A stretch of DNA of 64,000 nucleotides from Bacilli bacterium (lineage in GTDB: Bacteria; Bacillota_I; Bacilli_A; ML615J-28; CAG-698). Of the stretch, positions 48,103 to 57,369 are shown one piece after another. The translations under genes were made by a program, and so were the position numbers. A model generated the notes under the pieces. It was not told the origin of the DNA. It ran no database searches and saw only the letters and a list, made by a program, of their open reading frames with translations. The stretch spans positions 384,001-448,000 of the forward strand of contig JBMNLZ010000003.1 of NCBI GenBank assembly GCA_050953065.1. The letters are read 5' to 3'. Numbering within the stretch: the first letter of the stretch is position 1; the number at the start of each line of letters is the position of its first letter.

Positions 48103-50109
48103 TTATGCTGGCACTACCCAATCTAAGTCAGTAAATGTTGTAGCTTTTTCTGCTAGAGTTGCACTTTGAGTATATTCTCTAGTTTCACTACCCACTTTTA
48201 CAACCACTTTATAACTAACCGTAGGAGTTCCTCCAGGATGATCAATTATTTTCCCATAATTATCTAAAATTGTTGGAGAAAGTGATGTCCATGTAAATGT
48301 TACTCCTTCTAAATAATTAAGAGCAAATAATTCTAAACTAACTAATTCTAAAAACTCTTGCCATCTACCAGATGCTCTAATAGTTCTAGGACAATCTTTC
48401 CCAGAAAAATGCCAATGTTGTTTAACTCTATCAATTGCTAAATTATTTTCAAAACATAATTTAGCAACTAGCTTTGCTAGGTTTCTCATAGTCTTAGTAT
48501 AGTCTTTTCCTACTTCCATTGTAGATTCAATTCCTATACTATTTCTATTTCCACCATGATTACAAATGTTGCCACCAAAACTAGAATTATAATATGTTTT
48601 ATTCATAAAATAGTTCCCATTAGCACCAATTTCAACATGAATTCCACCAGGTAATATCTTAGCAGAATTTAAAATTACACCATCTGCTGTTGGAGCTAAA
48701 ATATTCGTTTTTTCTCCATTAAATGTAAAATAACCATTAGTTGTAATTCCTATAACAGGAATTTTAGTTGTTGCTTTAATACCTGTGTCAAGCAGTTCAA
48801 AAAATCTCGCTCCATCGCCTGCATGATAGGCCACTTCATTATCAGGAACATGATGATAAATCTTATCAGGTCCACATGTATAATGCCATGAAACATATCT
48901 AGTGTCTGGATTACCACCTAAACTAGATGCCGTTAAATTTTTTAAATAAGTATTATGGTGAGTTTCCCCTCCTGTTGCAGTAGCTGTATCATGAACTGTA
49001 ATAAATTCAGTTGAAGGTTTCAAAGTTCCTGGTCTCACATGAGTTGATACTTCTAATATATCCTCATAATATTCATACATTGGTTCTGTAAAGAAAGGAA
49101 TATATCCAAAACATGTATTTTCCATTTTCTCATAACCTGCTTCAAAGCCATATGAATAATATTTTAAATTAGTAACAGTTTGTTTTTCAATTTTACTTAA
49201 AAATAATTCTACTGCTTCCCATTGGTTTTCAAACACTTTATTTTCTCCTTGAATTATGCAATCATATGTTACAGTCATTTGGACTGTTGTAGGTAAAGTT
49301 AGAGTCGCTGTTAATGAAGCTTTCATATCATATAAAGGCCTTTTAATTTGACCATCTAAAGAAACAATTGAAGATCCAAATGCTGACCAAGTAATTGTAA
49401 TATCATATGGATCATATTTTATAGGTAAAATATCATCTTCTGTTAATTCACCACTTGGCATTTGAGTTGCAATCCAATTTTTAGCTTCATTAAACTTTAA
49501 TGTTGCAGGAACTCCATTAACGATAGCGTCTTCGCTATATGATTTTGTTTCTCCTTGAAAAGTAACAGTAAAATTGATTGTTACTGTAACATCATCTGCA
49601 GGCCTTAAATAAGTACCATCATTTTTAAGAACTGCTTCGTTACTACTAGTCCAAGCAATCTCACCACCATATACTGGATGAGTTACTGGATAAATTGATG
49701 TTGTTATATCACCATTAATTCTATTAGTTTTAACTTTATTCGCAAACCAGTTTGCAATAAAATCAATCGCTGATTTATCCCCATCAACAAAAGTATTCTT
49801 AACTATATTATAAGTTTTTCCACCAATTGTAATTTGAACAGTAATTTCTACTGTCTCAGTTACAGTCGGGCGAGTATATTTACCGTCATAGTCAAAATTT
49901 TCACTATTAGTATTCCAAACCACTAGTCCTCCTAGTTTAGGATGCGTTGTAGGTAAAGTGATATTCTTAGTAATTAATTCAGGAATTACAGTATCTACCC
50001 ATGCTGTTAGAGTTTCTTCGCTTACTTCATCTTCCACCTCTTTTTCTTTACATCCTGCAATAAACAAACAAAGCACTAAAACAAAAATAAATTTAAAAGT
50101 TTTTTTCAT
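48103..50109 (-). CDS. Surface lipoprotein N-acetylmuramoyl-L-alanine amidase (Amidase_2) with Ig-like repeats
   Basis: Lipobox IAGC; three LP...W...DG..RP Ig-like units; VHDT, VSWHY, AYHAGDG, GNRNSIGIE, QHWHFSGKDCP Zn motifs. Confidence 0.9.
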   Translation of the reverse strand: MKKTFKFIFVLVLCLFIAGCKEKEVEDEVSEETLTAWVDTVIPELITKNITLPTTHPKLGGLVVWNTNSENFDYDGKYTRPTVTETVEITVQITIGGKTYNIVKNTFVDGDKSAIDFIANWFANKVKTNRINGDITTSIYPVTHPVYGGEIAWTSSNEAVLKNDGTYLRPADDVTVTINFTVTFQGETKSYSEDAIVNGVPATLKFNEAKNWIATQMPSGELTEDDILPIKYDPYDITITWSAFGSSIVSLDGQIKRPLYDMKASLTATLTLPTTVQMTVTYDCIIQGENKVFENQWEAVELFLSKIEKQTVTNLKYYSYGFEAGYEKMENTCFGYIPFFTEPMYEYYEDILEVSTHVRPGTLKPSTEFITVHDTATATGGETHHNTYLKNLTASSLGGNPDTRYVSWHYTCGPDKIYHHVPDNEVAYHAGDGARFFELLDTGIKATTKIPVIGITTNGYFTFNGEKTNILAPTADGVILNSAKILPGGIHVEIGANGNYFMNKTYYNSSFGGNICNHGGNRNSIGIESTMEVGKDYTKTMRNLAKLVAKLCFENNLAIDRVKQHWHFSGKDCPRTIRASGRWQEFLELVSLELFALNYLEGVTFTWTSLSPTILDNYGKIIDHPGGTPTVSYKVVVKVGSETREYTQSATLAEKATTFTDLDWVVPA

Positions 50110-50795
50110 TTCACATCACTCCATATCCCCTTATTAGGTTTATTTATTATTTCTATATACTCTTTAGTGGTAGGATGAAAAAATCCTATTTTATAACACC
50201 AAAGCCCAAGTTGTAATTTATTAGGTTCTTGTAAGCTATATTTATAATCATTTAAAATCGGATGATTATAAAGAGCAAACTGTTTTCTTATTTGATTATA
50301 TCTTCCAGTAAGAAGTGCAATATCAACTAAAGTTAAATCCATATTGAATTTATTTAGATGTTTTAAAACTTTAAAATCTAAAATAGCTTCTTTCCCATTC
50401 AAAGTTTCAACAGCTTCTTTATCAATTTTTTCTAATTTATTAATTAATCTTTTTTTATTATCTTTAACTTTCCCAAGAACAAGCGCCAAATAGCCTTTCG
50501 TAACTCTATCCAACCTAAATTCCTCACTTAACCTAGAAGCAGCTTTTGAAGTTTTTGCTAAAACTAAAACTCCTCCTACTCTTCTATCTAACCTATGAAC
50601 TAGTCCTAAATAGACATTACCTTCCTTATTATACTTTTCTTTTAAATAAGCTTTAACAATTGTTTGAATATCTAAATCTTCAGTACTATCTTTCTGACAT
50701 AAAATATTTTCTTCTTTTAAGACTGCTATTATATGATTATCTTCATATAAGACATTTAATTCTTTTATCTTTTCGCTTAAATTATATTTCGCCAT
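50106..50795 (-). CDS. RluA-family pseudouridine synthase
   Basis: LYEDNHI, VHRLDR catalytic motif, TGRYNQIR. Confidence 0.92.
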   Translation of the reverse strand: MAKYNLSEKIKELNVLYEDNHIIAVLKEENILCQKDSTEDLDIQTIVKAYLKEKYNKEGNVYLGLVHRLDRRVGGVLVLAKTSKAASRLSEEFRLDRVTKGYLALVLGKVKDNKKRLINKLEKIDKEAVETLNGKEAILDFKVLKHLNKFNMDLTLVDIALLTGRYNQIRKQFALYNHPILNDYKYSLQEPNKLQLGLWCYKIGFFHPTTKEYIEIINKPNKGIWSDVK

Positions 50796-51561
50796 ATAAA
50801 TTTTCTATTTCTATTTTTACTTTTTCTAAATCTTTTAAATTTTTAATAACTAACTTCTTAGTTTTATTTTTTAAAATTAAATGTAAAGTAATCTCTTCTT
50901 CTAATACTACATATAAAAAATTTCTAATTTTTCTATAACTTAAAAAATTATTAAAACCAACTTCAGTTACCTCATCTCCTAAAGAAAGTAAGAATTCACT
51001 TAAATTTTCAAGTAAAACTTTTTTATCAGGAGTTATATTATCAAGTTTTAAAAGAGTTCTATTAACAGCTTTACTTTGATAGACCTTTTCAAAAACAAAT
51101 AACCCTTTATTAAAAGAAGCATATTTGATTAAATCTATTTCATATTGAGTTTCTTTAATAGCTAAACTATCATATTTACAATAATCCTCACCTATACAAA
51201 TAAGTCTTGGATAATATACTAATTGATCAGCTATCTCTTTTCCAATATGTTCTGTTACTAGAAGTTTTGTTTTAGAATAGTTTTGTTTGATATAGTCTAA
51301 GAAAACCCAAGCTTTTTTTATCACACTTGATGTTCTACTATCTCTAAATTCAATTATTACTAAACGATAATCCTCATCATATCCTAAAAACTCTAAGATA
51401 TCTTCTTTATCTTTTGTAAGATTGATGTTTGTTGCAATTTTAGTAACACCTAAAATTTCAAAAGAGTTTTCAAAAATCACATCTTGAATACTTTGTTTAG
51501 CAATAAAATCTTTTGGAAGAATCTGTTTGTTTTTATTATTAAAAATTCTAATATCACTCAT
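50782..51561 (-). CDS. DUF5655/NucS-like PD-(D/E)xK-fold protein, apparently degenerate
   Basis: MSDIRIF, LGYDE..RLVIIE, PRLICIGEDY..YD..A, LLSLGDEV...LSYRKIRNF resemble the DUF5655 family; ATG at 51561 after a GAGGG RBS. Confidence 0.6.
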   Translation of the reverse strand: MSDIRIFNNKNKQILPKDFIAKQSIQDVIFENSFEILGVTKIATNINLTKDKEDILEFLGYDEDYRLVIIEFRDSRTSSVIKKAWVFLDYIKQNYSKTKLLVTEHIGKEIADQLVYYPRLICIGEDYCKYDSLAIKETQYEIDLIKYASFNKGLFVFEKVYQSKAVNRTLLKLDNITPDKKVLLENLSEFLLSLGDEVTEVGFNNFLSYRKIRNFLYVVLEEEITLHLILKNKTKKLVIKNLKDLEKVKIEIENLYGEI

Positions 51562-51651
51562 AATTTTCCCTCTAAATTTAATTATATCATTAAAATATAA
51601 ATTTATAAAGTTATTTGATTCAAATTTATTCAAAATAAAATTTTAAAAAAA

Positions 51652-51675
51652 TAAAAGGAGAAGTTTCTCCTTTTA
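51652..51675 (-). terminator. Terminator of the ycxB-like pair
   Basis: TAAAAGGAGAA-gt-TTCTCCTTTTA inverted repeat overlapping the stop codon. Confidence 0.7.
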
Positions 51676-52173
51676 TATTCTTGAAAGTTTTATTCTGTTT
51701 TTTAAAATTATTTCTTTTATTTCGTTAATTTCTTTTTCATTCATTTTAGTTTTATTACAAATTAAAGCTGAGTTTTTTGAAATATAAAAATAAAAGTATT
51801 TCTTCTTGTTCACTACAAACCAAATTTGATTCCAGTTATATGTTTGAGAATATTTATCAACTTCTCTTCTAATAGATTCTTTTGAAAAGATCAATTTTTG
51901 AGGTGGAGTTTGTAGGCTTTTTCCTTTGATTATTTTTCTGACTACTCTTCTAATTGATAAGGGCCAATAAATTCCCCAAAAAAGTCCTACCACCCATAAA
52001 AAGAAAGCAAACATTTGAATATTCCAAACAAAGAAAAATAATATTCCAGATACAAAAAATACCAAAACAAATGCTAGATAAATATATATATTTTTTTGTC
52101 TTGTAAAAAGATGATAATTAAAGAAATCCTTTATTTCTTGATCTGTATTGTTAAAGATGGTTGTAACTGCCAT
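51673..52173 (-). CDS. YcxB-family membrane protein
   Basis: Two TM helices then YNWNQI...YFYFYISKNSALICNK. Confidence 0.75.
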   Translation of the reverse strand: MAVTTIFNNTDQEIKDFFNYHLFTRQKNIYIYLAFVLVFFVSGILFFFVWNIQMFAFFLWVVGLFWGIYWPLSIRRVVRKIIKGKSLQTPPQKLIFSKESIRREVDKYSQTYNWNQIWFVVNKKKYFYFYISKNSALICNKTKMNEKEINEIKEIILKNRIKLSRI

Positions 52174-53234
52174 TATTTACTTGCTTTAGTTGTTGAAGTT
52201 TTCTTTGCAGTTGTAGTTGTTTTTTTCGCAGCTGGTTTTTTAGCAGCTGTTGATGTTGTTTTCTTCGCAGTTGTAGTTTTTTTAGCTGTTGATGTTGTCT
52301 TTTTAGTTGTTGAAGTTTTCTTTGCAGTTGTAGTTTTTTTAGCTGTTGAAGTTTTCTTTGCAGTTGTAGTTGTTTTTTTCGCAGCTGGTTTTTTAGCAGC
52401 TGTTGAAGTAGTTTTCTTAACAACTGGCGCAGCTTCTACTTTTACTTCTTCACTAACTGCTTCTGCAGTTGCACTTTCTGCAACTTCTGCTTCTGGAATA
52501 ACTGCCTCTTCAATTACTGGTTCTTCAATAACAGCTGCAGGAATTTCTACTTCTTCAATTACAGCTTCTTCAGTGTTACTTTCTGTAGATTTAGCTTCTT
52601 CAGCAACAATTGGTTCTGCTACTACTTCTTTATATTCTAAATCAGTTCTTCCTTTAAGTACAAAATTATCAAATCTTTTATAAGGTTTAGCAATTGAATT
52701 TTCTTTGATTATTATATCAAGTTCTTCTTTCGTTCCTTCAATTATCATTTCTTCTCTTCTATCAATAACGATAGGACGTTTACCTGACATTAAAAAATAA
52801 TATTCAGGAATTTCATTAACTGAAGTAATATAGGCCCATGGATATTTAGTTAATGGTTCTTCATCTTGTTTTTCTGCATCAAAAATTCTTATTTCATCAG
52901 CATCAAGTTCTACTATAAATTCAATAGGTTTTCTTTTCCCTAACATTCTAATTAATTGTGTGTCTAATCTTTTTTCAATATTAAAAATTTGCCAGATTAA
53001 ATAAATTACTATTAATAAGAAAACTACTGGAAATAAGAAACTAGGTTTCTCAGCATTTGTTGTTAAACTAACATAAAGATTATTTGGCATAATGAAAGTT
53101 GTATACACCAAACCACCTAATGCAAAAATCGCCAACACTAGATACCAAATGTGGATCTTTTTGTTGTACTTTAAAGTTAAATAATTGAAATACTTAAAAG
53201 TTCTAAAGTCATATTTTGTTTTTAATTTTATCAT
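52173..53234 (-). CDS. YcxB-like membrane protein with an acidic linker and histone-H1-like K/A/T tail
   Basis: Two TM helices; YPWAYI..V.E..EYYFL...PIVIDR; E-rich linker; AKKTTT repeats. Confidence 0.75.
   Translation of the reverse strand: MIKLKTKYDFRTFKYFNYLTLKYNKKIHIWYLVLAIFALGGLVYTTFIMPNNLYVSLTTNAEKPSFLFPVVFLLIVIYLIWQIFNIEKRLDTQLIRMLGKRKPIEFIVELDADEIRIFDAEKQDEEPLTKYPWAYITSVNEIPEYYFLMSGKRPIVIDRREEMIIEGTKEELDIIIKENSIAKPYKRFDNFVLKGRTDLEYKEVVAEPIVAEEAKSTESNTEEAVIEEVEIPAAVIEEPVIEEAVIPEAEVAESATAEAVSEEVKVEAAPVVKKTTSTAAKKPAAKKTTTTAKKTSTAKKTTTAKKTSTTKKTTSTAKKTTTAKKTTSTAAKKPAAKKTTTTAKKTSTTKASK
52190..52415. repeat. Low-complexity tandem repeats encoding (A/T)KK(T/P)xx units
   Basis: GTTGAAGTTTTCTTTGCAGTTGTAGTTGTTTTTTTCGCAGCTGGTTTTTTAGCAGCTGTTGA occurs twice, with 18-21-bp subrepeats between. 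Confidence 0.85.
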
Positions 53235-53354
53235 TTTTACACCTCCGAAATGAAATCATACATATTATAACACAAAGTTTTTAAAAAATAAATAATTCTT
53301 TTAACTTTTTATTTTTTTGTGGTATAATCCTTCTTGTACAAAGGAGATAGAAAT

Positions 53355-54155
53355 ATGAAAATTTTTATTAGCGCCGATATGGAAGGAGTAAATGGCATTA
53401 CTCACTGGAATGAAACTGAAGGAACTATGCCTACATATTATAATCAGTTTCAACAACAAATGAACGCAGAAGTTAAAATGGCTTGTTTGGGAGCAAAAGA
53501 TGCAAAGGCTGAAATTATCTTTGTAAAAGATGCTCATGATACAGCAAGAAATCTAATTGCGAGTCAATTACCTGATGGTATAATTTTACACAGAGGTTGG
53601 AGCGGAGCAATTTGTTCAATGATGGCAGGACTTGATGAAACTTATGATGCAGTTATCTTTATAGGTTATCATAGTGCTTCTAAATCAATAGGAAACACTT
53701 TATCTCACACGATGAGTTCTAGACTTTCACATGTTAAAATTAACGGAGAACTTGCTAGCGAATTTTTAATTAATGCATATTACGCAGCTTATAAAAAAGT
53801 GCCTATCGCTTTTTTAAGCGGCGATAGAGCATTAACTGAGACTGTAAAAGCAATTAATCCAAATATTGAAACAGTCGCAACAAAAGATACTGATCATGGA
53901 GCAACTTTTTCCCCACATCCAGATACAACAAACAAACAAATTCAAGAAACTGTAACAAAAGCTTTAAAGAAAGATTTATCTAAAAATATTCTTTCTTTAC
54001 CTAATTCTTTTACAATTGAAGTTGAATATAGAACTCATGCTGAAGCTTATAGTAAATCATTTTTCCCAAAAGCTAAATTAATTGATAGTAATACTATTCA
54101 ATTTAAAACAAAAGATTACTATGATGCTTTAGTATTTATGAAATTTGTATTATAA
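53355..54155 (+). CDS. dppA: D-aminopeptidase (peptidase M55)
   Basis: ISADMEG, DAH, MMAGLD, IGYH, LSHT, SGD motifs; AGGAG RBS before ATG at 53355. Confidence 0.92.
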   Translation: MKIFISADMEGVNGITHWNETEGTMPTYYNQFQQQMNAEVKMACLGAKDAKAEIIFVKDAHDTARNLIASQLPDGIILHRGWSGAICSMMAGLDETYDAVIFIGYHSASKSIGNTLSHTMSSRLSHVKINGELASEFLINAYYAAYKKVPIAFLSGDRALTETVKAINPNIETVATKDTDHGATFSPHPDTTNKQIQETVTKALKKDLSKNILSLPNSFTIEVEYRTHAEAYSKSFFPKAKLIDSNTIQFKTKDYYDALVFMKFVL

Positions 54156-54159
54156 AAAG

Positions 54160-54192
54160 AAAAGAAGAGATTTTAAAAATCTCTTCTTTTTT
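54160..54192. terminator. Bidirectional terminator
   Basis: AAAAGAAGAGATTTT-a-AAAATCTCTTCTTTT between convergent genes. Confidence 0.85.
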
Positions 54193-54205
54193 AATTACTT
54201 AAATC

Positions 54206-55264
54206 CTATTGCACTGAAGTTGGATCATCTTCAATTGGAGCTTCTTCAGCTGGTTCTTGTGTTGGACCTTCTGGAACTACTTCCTCTGTTTGAGGTGGAG
54301 CAGGTCTGTCATTGTCTTCAATTGGAGCTTCAGTTTCATCATCTTCAATTGGTGCATATGGTGGATTTGGTCTAGGCTTGTTAGCATCATCTCTTGGAGG
54401 AAGACCACATTCTTCTCTAGCTTCTTTAATTCTATCTCTAGTTCTAGTTTCGTATGAACCTGCAATTTCTGTTTTGTGTTCTCTTAAACGTTCTTTAATT
54501 AATGCATAATCTGGTAGTGGTGGCCATTCTTCACCTTCTTCAATTTGTTCTTCAGTTCCAAGAGCTGCTCTATGTGCGTTAACTCTAATTTGACATTCAG
54601 CTTTTAATTCAGCTTTAATTAATGCACGATCGCCTGCAGCACCGCCACCGCCGCCGCCTTCTTCTTCTTCAATTCTTTCATGAGCTCTTTTAATTCTTTT
54701 TATTAAATCCTTTACAGGTAAGTTAGCTGCTTCTTCTACAGTTAGGTCAGCATCATCACTTTCTGATGCTCTTTTAGCAAGTTGGTATTTACCAGGGCTA
54801 ACATTTAATCCTTTAGCATTAGTTTTGATTTGGGCATTAAATTCTTTGTTTTTCACAACAGCTGCTTTAACACGATTACGTGCAAAGTATCCTTCAACTG
54901 TATTACACATATCATCCATTTCTTCATCTTCAACTGCTTCGCCATCTGCATTGGCTACAGTAATCAATACTGCGTTGTCATCAGTGTCTACATCAATAAA
55001 TCCTGTTTCAATAAGTTCGTTAAGGTATGCTTCAATCGCTACATTAACTGGTAAACCAACAAATGTATTACCTTCAATTACAACTTCTGCTTCTTCATTT
55101 AATGCTGCGAAAGTTACAACAATTTTCTTTTCATTAAATAGAAGTTCAACAGAAGGATTAACGTCAATAGCCATATAAGTTAGATCAGATGCTTTTCCTA
55201 ACTTACATCCTACTAATACAAACGCCATTAACAATAAACTAAATAAACCTAAAAATTTTTTCAT
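54206..55264 (-). CDS. RsgI-like lipoprotein (IDVNPS domain) with a P/E-rich disordered tail
   Basis: Lipobox LVGC; YMAIDVNPSVEL, ALNEEA, AKGLNVSPGKY motifs of the RsgI extracellular domain. Confidence 0.75.
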   Translation of the reverse strand: MKKFLGLFSLLLMAFVLVGCKLGKASDLTYMAIDVNPSVELLFNEKKIVVTFAALNEEAEVVIEGNTFVGLPVNVAIEAYLNELIETGFIDVDTDDNAVLITVANADGEAVEDEEMDDMCNTVEGYFARNRVKAAVVKNKEFNAQIKTNAKGLNVSPGKYQLAKRASESDDADLTVEEAANLPVKDLIKRIKRAHERIEEEEGGGGGGAAGDRALIKAELKAECQIRVNAHRAALGTEEQIEEGEEWPPLPDYALIKERLREHKTEIAGSYETRTRDRIKEAREECGLPPRDDANKPRPNPPYAPIEDDETEAPIEDNDRPAPPQTEEVVPEGPTQEPAEEAPIEDDPTSVQ

Positions 55265-55271
55265 AAAATAA

Positions 55272-55309
55272 ACCTCCTTGTTTACCTTTCACTATATAAA
55301 CAAAGAGGT
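55272..55309 (-). promoter_or_regulatory. RBS-sequestering hairpin upstream of the RsgI-like gene
   Basis: Minus strand ACCTCTTTGTTTA...TAAACAAGGAGGT forms a 13-bp stem (one G-U) that contains the SD AGGAGGT. Confidence 0.6.
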
Positions 55310-55343
55310 GAGTGTTTTTATTGGATTTATTTTAAAAATTTTT

Positions 55344-56573
55344 TTATTTATAAATTTTAAACTTTTTAGTAAGTTTAGCTACCTCTAAACTAACGTCTTC
55401 ATTGTTTCTTAAAACCCTATCAATTAAAGAAGCTAATTCTTTAATTTCTCCTTCTTTAAAGCCACGAGTTGTAACTGAAGCAGTCCCCATTCTAATTCCA
55501 CTTGTATTAACTGCACTTTCCTCATCAAATGGTACTGTATTTTTATTAGTAATGATACCATATTTTTCTAACCTATCTGCTCCTTCTTTACCAGTAATTC
55601 CTAAAGATTTTTTAGTATTAAGAGTTAGCAAATGATTATCAGTACCACCGCTTACAATTACATAGCCTTTAGATATTAATTCTTTAGCTAAAGTTTTACA
55701 GTTGGCTACTACTTGTTTTTGGTAATTAACAAAATCTTTATCTAAAGCTTCTTTAAAAGCTACAGCCTTAGCAGCGATTGTATGAACAAGTGGCCCTCCT
55801 TGAATTCCAGGGAAAATCCCTTTATCGATTAATTTTGCAATCTCTGGATTATTACTCAAGATTAACCCTCCTCTTGGGCCTCTTAAAGTTTTATGAGTTG
55901 TAGTTGTAGCAACATCAGCATATGGGAATGGACTAGGATGAACGCCTGTTGCAACAAGTCCTGCGATATGAGCCATATCAACCATTAGATATGCTTTAAC
56001 TTCATCTGCTATTTCTCTAAACTTTTTAAAATCAATAATTCTAGAATAATTACTTGCTCCTGCAACGATTAATTTAGGTTTGTTTTCTAAAGCTAATTTT
56101 CTAACCTCATCATAATCTATTGTTTCAGTTTCTTTATCAACTCCATATGAGAAAAACTTATAATCAACACCAGAGAAATTAACCTTATGACCATGTGTTA
56201 AATGTCCTCCTTGATCAAGTCTCATTCCTAATACAACATCACCTGTTTTTAAAAGTGCTCTATAAACTGCCATATTAGCTTGAGAACCTGAATGAGGTTG
56301 TACGTTAGCATAAGAGACATTAAATAACTTCTTAACCCTTTCTATTGCTAGAGTTTCAACTCCATCAACAAACTCACATCCACTATAATATCTCTTGCCA
56401 GAATATCCTTCTGCATACTTATTAGTAAAAACAGAGCCATTTGCTTCTAAAACTGCTTCTGTTACATAGTTTTCTGATGCGATTAAATTAATTTGAGCTT
56501 CTTGTCTTGCAATTTCTGATACTGTTAATTCATAAATTTCCTTGTCTTGTTTTTTAAGGTTTTTTAAATTCAT
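55344..56573 (-). CDS. glyA: Serine hydroxymethyltransferase
   Basis: [36 protein letters not shown] motifs. Confidence 0.98.
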   Translation of the reverse strand: MNLKNLKKQDKEIYELTVSEIARQEAQINLIASENYVTEAVLEANGSVFTNKYAEGYSGKRYYSGCEFVDGVETLAIERVKKLFNVSYANVQPHSGSQANMAVYRALLKTGDVVLGMRLDQGGHLTHGHKVNFSGVDYKFFSYGVDKETETIDYDEVRKLALENKPKLIVAGASNYSRIIDFKKFREIADEVKAYLMVDMAHIAGLVATGVHPSPFPYADVATTTTHKTLRGPRGGLILSNNPEIAKLIDKGIFPGIQGGPLVHTIAAKAVAFKEALDKDFVNYQKQVVANCKTLAKELISKGYVIVSGGTDNHLLTLNTKKSLGITGKEGADRLEKYGIITNKNTVPFDEESAVNTSGIRMGTASVTTRGFKEGEIKELASLIDRVLRNNEDVSLEVAKLTKKFKIYK

Positions 56574-56617
56574 ATCTTTTCTCCTTTTTAAAAAATTAAT
56601 TGTAACATCTTAATCCT

Positions 56618-57262
56618 TTAGATGTTACAATTATGATTCTTATTTAATTTGCTTGGGTTATTTAAAAACTCTTTAGCTTTTTCATAATCAGCAGATTTAA
56701 GTTTCCCATAATCATAAGCCAATTTTACTAATGTACTATATTCAGTTAATGGATAATATGGAATGTTTTTCCTAATTAAACGATCTGTTGTATCTTTGAT
56801 TTCATATGAGAAGACAGATACAGCTCCTAGGATATCACAACTGTGTTCTCTTAAGCATTCAACAACATCCATTAATGCAGTTCCTGTACAAACAACATCA
56901 TCAACTACAACAACCTTAGTATTACTTCTTAAAACACCTTCAACTCTATTTCTCATGCCATGATCTTTCTCAGCTGATAAAACATAACCCATCGGTAGAT
57001 TCATAGCCTCGCTTACCATCATCGCAAAAGCAACTCCAGCTATTGCAATCCCAATAATCATTTCAACATCAGGATATTTTTCTTTTATCTTTTTTACTAA
57101 ACAAGTTGTTATTTTTTTTCTTACCTTTGGATAAGATAATAACAATCTATTATCAATATATATAGGTAGGTTATAATTGCAATACGAAATATATGGTTTA
57201 TCAAAACCAAAAAAAACAGTTCTTGTTTCTAATAAAGTTCTAGCAACATCTAGATTGTTCAT
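56618..57262 (-). CDS. Orotate phosphoribosyltransferase-like protein, divergent
   Basis: PIYIDNRLLLSYP, KDHG, VVVVDDVVCTG PRPP loop; PyrE-like but with motif substitutions. Confidence 0.75.
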   Translation of the reverse strand: MNNLDVARTLLETRTVFFGFDKPYISYCNYNLPIYIDNRLLLSYPKVRKKITTCLVKKIKEKYPDVEMIIGIAIAGVAFAMMVSEAMNLPMGYVLSAEKDHGMRNRVEGVLRSNTKVVVVDDVVCTGTALMDVVECLREHSCDILGAVSVFSYEIKDTTDRLIRKNIPYYPLTEYSTLVKLAYDYGKLKSADYEKAKEFLNNPSKLNKNHNCNI

Positions 57263-57369
57263 TTCGTTTCCCCTTTAATTGTTTCTATATACATATTATA
57301 TATAAACCTATTTAAAAAGTCAATTAGACTTTATTTTTATCTCTTTAACACATATAATTTTATACTTAA

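Noticed and set aside
52096-52683. 195-aa plus-strand hydrophobic ORF (VVVFFA repeats) and the overlapping 90-aa Q/L/K ORF
   Set aside because: Antisense and alternate-frame shadows of the AKKTTT repeat tail; no RBS or independent signal.
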